A DNA stretch of 64,000 nucleotides from positions 49,678 to 113,677 of IMG/VR virus record IMGVR_UViG_3300024239_000016; one strand, written 5' to 3'. Below, one piece after another: positions 58,510 to 64,000 of the stretch (position 1 is its first letter; each line of letters begins with the position of its first letter). This DNA is from a virus. Under the pieces are notes generated by a model. It searched no databases, was not told where the DNA came from, and was given only the letters and a program-made list of their open reading frames with translations. Both the position numbers and the translations under genes were made by a program.

Positions 58510-59592
58510 ATGTATTCTCTTCTTGGGATGGAAAAACAAACAGGTAGTCCTAGTCTGCTCGGTGGTCGTTGGTACGCCCTACAGCAGATGCTCAGTAGAA
58601 ACTTAGATGACACAATTTCTTATTATCGCACAAAGACTCGTTATATCGAGGCAGGTCACGTTCTTGAGCGACTATTGATCGCTAACCCTATCAGTTATCA
58701 ACTACCATTAAGGCAGTTTATTAATGGCGCGGAATCCGTAGCGATACGTTTGGCTCAATCTGCTCGCATCAATACGTACATTCAGACAGGACTCAGTGAA
58801 ACGAGCAGAATGTACAGCGACGATATTACAGAGTTTTACTTTGCTTGTAACTTAGGTCAGGATTTATTTAAACCTACCGTTAGTTGGAAGGATATGGAAT
58901 CCGTAAAGATCCTCCACCATCCATGTACGGATATGGGATTATATCCGCTAGTGGGTGAGAGAACATCTGTCGAAGACGGCTATGCTGTAATTGCAATAGA
59001 TATCCCTGTTTTATTCTATCAGTACAGAAGATACTTGGAGGATTCTGCTGGACTGGGTATCTCTGGTACACGATCCGATTTCATTTTTAAATACCCCCTT
59101 TTGAATGCATTGAAATCACACTACGATATCGTGATCCTAAACCGCATGTATAATCGCTTACATAAAGTTGTTAATTCTGAACCGCTACGCAAACAGCCAT
59201 TTATGTTTAGCGATTGGAGTAATCGGTTAGATCAGTTTCAGGACGAGCACATCAGACTAATCCGTGAGAGATCCTACGACATCGATTCTGTGATGTTTAA
59301 TATTCCATTAATCACCGCAACCAACATGCAGGCGATTGTAAAACTACCGAGTGTTCCAGCCACCAGACAAATTCTTTGGTTATTGGTGATTTCTCGCATC
59401 AAGATGCTGAGATTGGTATTGGAGTTGTCATCAGAAAAAGCACTGATGCGCGATACGGCAGAATTAGCTACAATTAAACGGAAGATCATTATGTACCGAA
59501 ATGATAACTCGTTCAAGAGCTTCCTGCCCGCTTACATTTATCAAAATCTAGAAATGGATTTTGATGCGTTACTGAAGATAGTTGACAATTAA
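58510..59592 (+). CDS. conserved phiKZ-like protein (gp52-like)
   Basis: synteny between polymerase and chimallin; VIAIDIP.L..QY motif. Confidence 0.6.
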   Translation: MYSLLGMEKQTGSPSLLGGRWYALQQMLSRNLDDTISYYRTKTRYIEAGHVLERLLIANPISYQLPLRQFINGAESVAIRLAQSARINTYIQTGLSETSRMYSDDITEFYFACNLGQDLFKPTVSWKDMESVKILHHPCTDMGLYPLVGERTSVEDGYAVIAIDIPVLFYQYRRYLEDSAGLGISGTRSDFIFKYPLLNALKSHYDIVILNRMYNRLHKVVNSEPLRKQPFMFSDWSNRLDQFQDEHIRLIRERSYDIDSVMFNIPLITATNMQAIVKLPSVPATRQILWLLVISRIKMLRLVLELSSEKALMRDTAELATIKRKIIMYRNDNSFKSFLPAYIYQNLEMDFDALLKIVDN

Positions 59593-59785
59593 AGCACTCA
59601 TACACTATCCTGCCATCTGGCAGGATAGTGTATATATTTTTTATTACAATATGTATAATAATGTGCACATAACCGTGAGGTTATAAAACTGGGGAAATTA
59701 CGTCTTAAACTCGTTTAGGAGAAAAAATTATAGGTTAAGAATTAATTGGACCAAATTGTTTTCAAAATGAAATTATTTTTGAATG

Positions 59786-59793
59786 CATATTAC
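59786..59793 (+). promoter_or_regulatory. early promoter motif CATATTAC upstream of chimallin
   Basis: recurrent motif in an AT-rich intergenic region. Confidence 0.55.
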
Positions 59794-59912
59794 AGTCTTG
59801 GTTCTAGGGAATTAATCCTAGAGCGTTAGGGAGATTGCATATGGTAAAGAGCTCAAACTACCATGTGCGATCAAAATTCAGCTGAAAAAAGAAACATATA
59901 CAGGAGTTTCAC

Positions 59913-61808
59913 ATGATCAATCGCAACATCGGCGGCGCTGGTAACGACACCGCATCCGCACAACAAGAAATCCACGCTGGCGCCACCGATCCCGCCGGCT
60001 CCGGACAGACCACCGAAAAGAAGTTCTCCCTGTCCCGCCTGGGCTCCATCGGCAACATGCCCATGAGCCGCCGCAGTGGTTCCGAAGTCGCTGTCGAGCT
60101 GGCCAACGCCATGGATGACCTGGCCGAGAAGTACAAGCTGACGAGCAACATCAGCACCCTGATCGTCGAACCGAAAAACGCTGACGGCCTGTTCTACTCC
60201 GCCATCGCCGTGATTTTCGCAATTCCCGAAAAGCGCATCTGTGCCTACCACCTGCTCATCGCCGCCGCCTCGAGCGAATCCAGCGGCGCGCCGCTAATCG
60301 AAAATGTTCCGAACTATGGCACCATCGAAACTCGCATCACTCCGGGCTGTGGCGTCACGGTGCGTACGATCGAATCGATCAGCAACTACATCAAGGGCCG
60401 CATGAACATGACGGCAGTCTACGCAGCCTCGTGCGTTGTGCCGGCCACCTTCGATCCGAAGGACCAGTCCAGCGTCTACCGTCTGCTCGCCAATGCCGCC
60501 ACCGCCGGCGCACACACGCTCAACGTCCGCAGCGGTCAGCCCGACCTCAATCTGGCTGAAACCGTTTTCGATGAGCAACTTTCCGTTCGCATTTCTGGTA
60601 TGGAAGATCACATTGTCGGTATCGACTCTTTGCCGATCCGGTCCGACATCTGTGTCGAAATTCTGTCACAGCCGATCGCCCGTCAGAACAGCCCGACCGA
60701 CAACATCCTCAATCGCGCTGCCAATGACGGCATCGGTTCCAAGGTCCTGACCCAGCTGATCGGCTATGTTGATTTCCTGAGCGCGCCGCCCGACAACCTG
60801 CAAGGTGGCCAAGCCTTTGGTCTGAACAAACCGACCCAAGCTCTGCGTCCGCGCATCATGATCACCGACTTCCAGGCCGTGGACTCCATCACCCAATCCA
60901 TGCAGCTGCTCGCTCTGATCAGCGCCAAGAAGCTGACCGAAGGTTACGGTTGGTCTGGTGCTTTCAGCGCTCCGCGCCGCGTCTTGGCCAAGGGCGAAAT
61001 CGATTATCGCAACATCGGCGCAATCGGCTACATGCTCGAAACTCTGCCTGGCAATGTACCTGGTCATGTCATGGTGGAAACGTCGCCGGACAAGTTCAAC
61101 GCCCAAGTTCTTCGCGTTCTCCTGAACCACGGCGTCTATCCGGATCCGGTGGTTACCATGTTGATCGATGAAGCCGGTCCCCAGACCTGGATCAATTCGA
61201 TCTTCCTGGCAGCTGCTCGTGGCGTTCCCAATGCTGTCAAGGCACTGCTCGCTGCTTGCAACCTGCTGACTGGCGGCAACTTCAACAAGTACTACGACCC
61301 GCAGAAGCCGCTGGTCACTGCCGAAGAAAACCGCATCCATGCTGGTACCTGGCGCGATGGCCAGGATCGTTTGCGCGATCTCCTGGAATTCGACATGCTG
61401 GCCGCCATGAACTTCTATGGCAATGCGGGCGACATGGACGCTGTCCATACCTTCTCCGACAGCTATGTTGACATGGCACTCCCGCTCAAGGTCCGCCTGG
61501 ATCGTCGCTGGAACCTGATCAAGAATGCTCTCGGTCCGTCGGTCCGTCACACCGGTTACAAGCGTCCGGTCAATCTGTCTCCGAATCTCCTGGTTTCTCT
61601 GGTCCGTGGCGCCGCCGATTGCGGGCTCTCCATGAACCCGATCTACAACCTGGGCGAAACGATGGGCAGCCTGCAGCGTGCAAGTCTCAACGTGACTGGC
61701 CTGACCTTCGGCAGCGACATCTCCGCCCTGTTCAGCGGCAGCAACACCTCCGGTAGCGGTGCCAACCTGGGCAACCTGGGCATGGGCAATTTCAACGTCG
61801 GTTGGTAA
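59913..61808 (+). CDS. chmA: chimallin, phage nuclear shell protein (phiKZ gp54-like)
   Basis: 631 aa; PIRSD, GYVD, GP.TW, A...LT.G.F and G...D.....RDL..FD motifs; position between DNA polymerase and nvRNAP; strong codon bias. Confidence 0.85.
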   Translation: MINRNIGGAGNDTASAQQEIHAGATDPAGSGQTTEKKFSLSRLGSIGNMPMSRRSGSEVAVELANAMDDLAEKYKLTSNISTLIVEPKNADGLFYSAIAVIFAIPEKRICAYHLLIAAASSESSGAPLIENVPNYGTIETRITPGCGVTVRTIESISNYIKGRMNMTAVYAASCVVPATFDPKDQSSVYRLLANAATAGAHTLNVRSGQPDLNLAETVFDEQLSVRISGMEDHIVGIDSLPIRSDICVEILSQPIARQNSPTDNILNRAANDGIGSKVLTQLIGYVDFLSAPPDNLQGGQAFGLNKPTQALRPRIMITDFQAVDSITQSMQLLALISAKKLTEGYGWSGAFSAPRRVLAKGEIDYRNIGAIGYMLETLPGNVPGHVMVETSPDKFNAQVLRVLLNHGVYPDPVVTMLIDEAGPQTWINSIFLAAARGVPNAVKALLAACNLLTGGNFNKYYDPQKPLVTAEENRIHAGTWRDGQDRLRDLLEFDMLAAMNFYGNAGDMDAVHTFSDSYVDMALPLKVRLDRRWNLIKNALGPSVRHTGYKRPVNLSPNLLVSLVRGAADCGLSMNPIYNLGETMGSLQRASLNVTGLTFGSDISALFSGSNTSGSGANLGNLGMGNFNVGW

Positions 61809-61834
61809 TAGCCGTTAGCAAGTAGTTCTGTACG

Positions 61835-61869
61835 TAGATACCGCCCCAAAAGGGCGGTATCTATTTTTT
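61835..61869 (+). terminator. rho-independent terminator
   Basis: TAGATACCGCCC-CAAAA-GGGCGGTATCTA plus T-tract. Confidence 0.75.
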
Positions 61870-61889
61870 CCATTAATTGGAGTGGTCAT

Positions 61890-63302
61890 GTGACAACATA
61901 CCTAGAATTAATAAATCCCGATGACCGGATACAGGAACTATCTCATCAGCCAATCATTCTGAATGATCTTTCGTATTTAACAACTGAGGATCAGGCTTAC
62001 GTCGACGGCGTAACGCTGACAAAGTTCAAAGGTGATTTGCTTGAGAATTTACCGAAGTGTGAATGTAACAAATATCGAGGTTACCCTGATCTCGGTGTCG
62101 TATGCGATGTGTGCGGACACGAAGTAACTGATCCGCATGGTGCCTTAGAGGCAATTACCTGGATCAGAGCGCCTGAGGGCGTGAAGGCCATGGTAACGCC
62201 TGAGTTCTTTTTGATGTTACGCGAAGCATTTACAGCATCGCGTTTCTCAGTAATTGATTGGTTAGTTGATCCGTACTATGTGCGGAGAGTTAGCAACTAC
62301 CCAGCGTGGATGGTCAAAATCGAGCTGATGAATCTCCCGAGAGGATGGAATCAGTTCATTGATAATTTTGACAGAGTTATCAATCAGTTAGCCACGGTGA
62401 AAGAATTCCAGAAACAATCGCTCACCGATTTCATGCAGCTGGTAAAAGAAAATCGTCATAAGTTGTTTTGTAAACATATTGCTGTTCCTAACAAGGCCAT
62501 CTTGGTTTTGGAAGAAGAAACAACAGCTACATATGTGGATGAAATCTTCATCGGCGCCACCGACGCTATTCGCAAAATGGTAGGCATCGATACCGTGCAC
62601 AGTTCGCTAACTCGCGAAGAGAAAGAAAAGCGCACGTACAGTCTGTTGAGCAATCTGGCTAATTTCTACGACGATGTAAGTCAAGCTTTTTACGCTGCCA
62701 AAAAGGGTATATTCCGGAAACATCTTTTAGGTACGCGTTGCAGCTGGTCGTTTAGAGCAGTTATCTCATCTATTGATGGGCCATCGCGTGGCGATGAAAT
62801 GCACGTTCCATGGGGTGTCGCGATCTGTGTTTTCAGGACGCATCTTACATCCCTTCTGCTCAATGAAGGATTCACTCCCAATAATGCGAAGCGACTGATT
62901 CAGGATCACGTTCATACGTACAATGAACACCTGCACAGGCTGATGCTACAGCTGATTGATGAGAGTCCTGAAAAAGGTATCCGTTGTAATTTCAATCGCA
63001 ATCCGAGTATGTCTCGTAGTTCCATTCTCAGCATGCTGATCACGTACATCAAGATCGATATGTTGGATAAGACTGTTTCTGTTCCTAACTGGATCATCAA
63101 ACTACCGAATGGCGACTTTGACGGCGATGAGTGTAACTTCACACTCGACATCGATGAATACATGTCCGGCATGATGTCTGGTTTTAAGCCGTTCATGAAC
63201 ATGTTTGACCCAAACAAAGTGCGGTCATTCAACAATCTGTTAGCACTACCGAAGCCTCAAGCAGCTATGCTTGATGCAATGTTCCAATATGAACCCGACT
63301 AA
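61890..63302 (+). CDS. non-virion RNA polymerase beta-prime N-terminal subunit (phiKZ gp55-like)
   Basis: Zn finger CEC...CDVC, KKG.FRKH..G.R, RAVI, NRNPS and catalytic NGDFDGDE. Confidence 0.9.
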   Translation: MTTYLELINPDDRIQELSHQPIILNDLSYLTTEDQAYVDGVTLTKFKGDLLENLPKCECNKYRGYPDLGVVCDVCGHEVTDPHGALEAITWIRAPEGVKAMVTPEFFLMLREAFTASRFSVIDWLVDPYYVRRVSNYPAWMVKIELMNLPRGWNQFIDNFDRVINQLATVKEFQKQSLTDFMQLVKENRHKLFCKHIAVPNKAILVLEEETTATYVDEIFIGATDAIRKMVGIDTVHSSLTREEKEKRTYSLLSNLANFYDDVSQAFYAAKKGIFRKHLLGTRCSWSFRAVISSIDGPSRGDEMHVPWGVAICVFRTHLTSLLLNEGFTPNNAKRLIQDHVHTYNEHLHRLMLQLIDESPEKGIRCNFNRNPSMSRSSILSMLITYIKIDMLDKTVSVPNWIIKLPNGDFDGDECNFTLDIDEYMSGMMSGFKPFMNMFDPNKVRSFNNLLALPKPQAAMLDAMFQYEPD

Positions 63303-63308
63303 AGGAGA

Positions 63309-63956
63309 TTGACGCCAATGGAAATCGGTGTAATCGATTGTACAGGCGGGACTGAGCTTGCGTTTACCTATGGCCTACCGCATCAAGGTACGGTAAATTA
63401 CCTGTCCAGTAGACTGGCTGAATTTGGTAACTCCATTGCGACTATTCCGAGCGCAGTCCGCGGAATGTTTGACGACGTGAAGCGATCATTTGGCGCATAC
63501 TTTAGCGACGAGGCTATTGAGGCTGCCAAAAAAGCATTACATAATAGCGGATCTGAAATCAATGTGTTTGCTGTGTCAGCTATGCTCGACTTGATCTCAA
63601 CACAGAATGCCAATCTAGCAAATCAGCGCTGGATTATGGCCGAGCCAACTCTTCGTGCGTTGTATCACAAACAGCAAGTAGATGGCTTTAGTGGATCGTA
63701 TGTAGACATGGAGCCAGGTAGTATTGGTGACAGTCACTACGATTATCGACGAGCCATTGATGGCTTGTTGATTGAGGAGCCGGATGGTGATTTTGTGTGC
63801 GACATTTTCTGTGATGATCTCGAAGAAGGGGATACTCATCTGACAATTCGAGAGCAAGTCAATATCCAACTATCCTGGGACTTCCTGCGTAGCCACCTGA
63901 AGAGTAAGGTGGAAATGCTACAAGATCCAACGGATAAATCAGGCGGGTATTTGTAA
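63309..63956 (+). CDS. conserved phiKZ-like hypothetical protein
   Basis: QRWIMA.P, HYDYRR..DG and DPT motifs; AAGGAG RBS. Confidence 0.7.
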   Translation: MTPMEIGVIDCTGGTELAFTYGLPHQGTVNYLSSRLAEFGNSIATIPSAVRGMFDDVKRSFGAYFSDEAIEAAKKALHNSGSEINVFAVSAMLDLISTQNANLANQRWIMAEPTLRALYHKQQVDGFSGSYVDMEPGSIGDSHYDYRRAIDGLLIEEPDGDFVCDIFCDDLEEGDTHLTIREQVNIQLSWDFLRSHLKSKVEMLQDPTDKSGGYL

Positions 63957-64000
63957 CATCGAAAAAGATGGGGCTCACCGCCCCATCTTTTTTTTTTCAA

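Noticed and set aside
60666-61550. 294 aa antisense ORF over chmA
   Set aside because: Shadow ORF produced by strong codon bias; no RBS or motifs.
1-64000. Genome-wide amber (TAG) recoding
   Set aside because: Core genes are intact in the standard code and several end properly at TAG (44358, 51266, 58450); only one internal TAG was seen.
1-64000. CRISPR array, transposase, integrase or reverse transcriptase
   Set aside because: No regularly spaced direct repeats or such catalytic motifs were seen.

Overview
This window is part of a nucleus-forming, phiKZ-like jumbo phage (Chimalliviridae-type). The host is probably a GC-rich Proteobacterium, judging from the dCTP deaminase type and the C-ending codon bias of the highly expressed genes. 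The right half (about 35-64 kb) is the conserved core: tail tube and sheath, virion/baseplate proteins, terminase large subunit, dCTP deaminase, PhuZ tubulin, family B DNA polymerase, chimallin (ChmA) and the beta-prime N-terminal subunit of the non-virion RNA polymerase. The left half is accessory: an HD hydrolase, a DNA ligase homologue lacking its catalytic lysine, an HslV-like Ntn peptidase, fibre/adhesin genes, Nudix, GNAT, AAA ATPase, thymidylate kinase and an endolysin. The most striking region is a roughly 10 kb RNA island (about 9.6-19.6 kb) holding six tRNAs and about seven large, ORF-poor, stem-rich elements. Two of these are paralogous group I intron catalytic cores (P3-P9, with covarying P3 and a non-canonical P7) that interrupt no recognisable gene and each lie just upstream of a tRNA. 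A third is a roughly 570 nt closed multistem RNA directly before tRNA-Pro (ROOL/GOLLD-like context). All calls come from motif reading by eye; no database searches were run.
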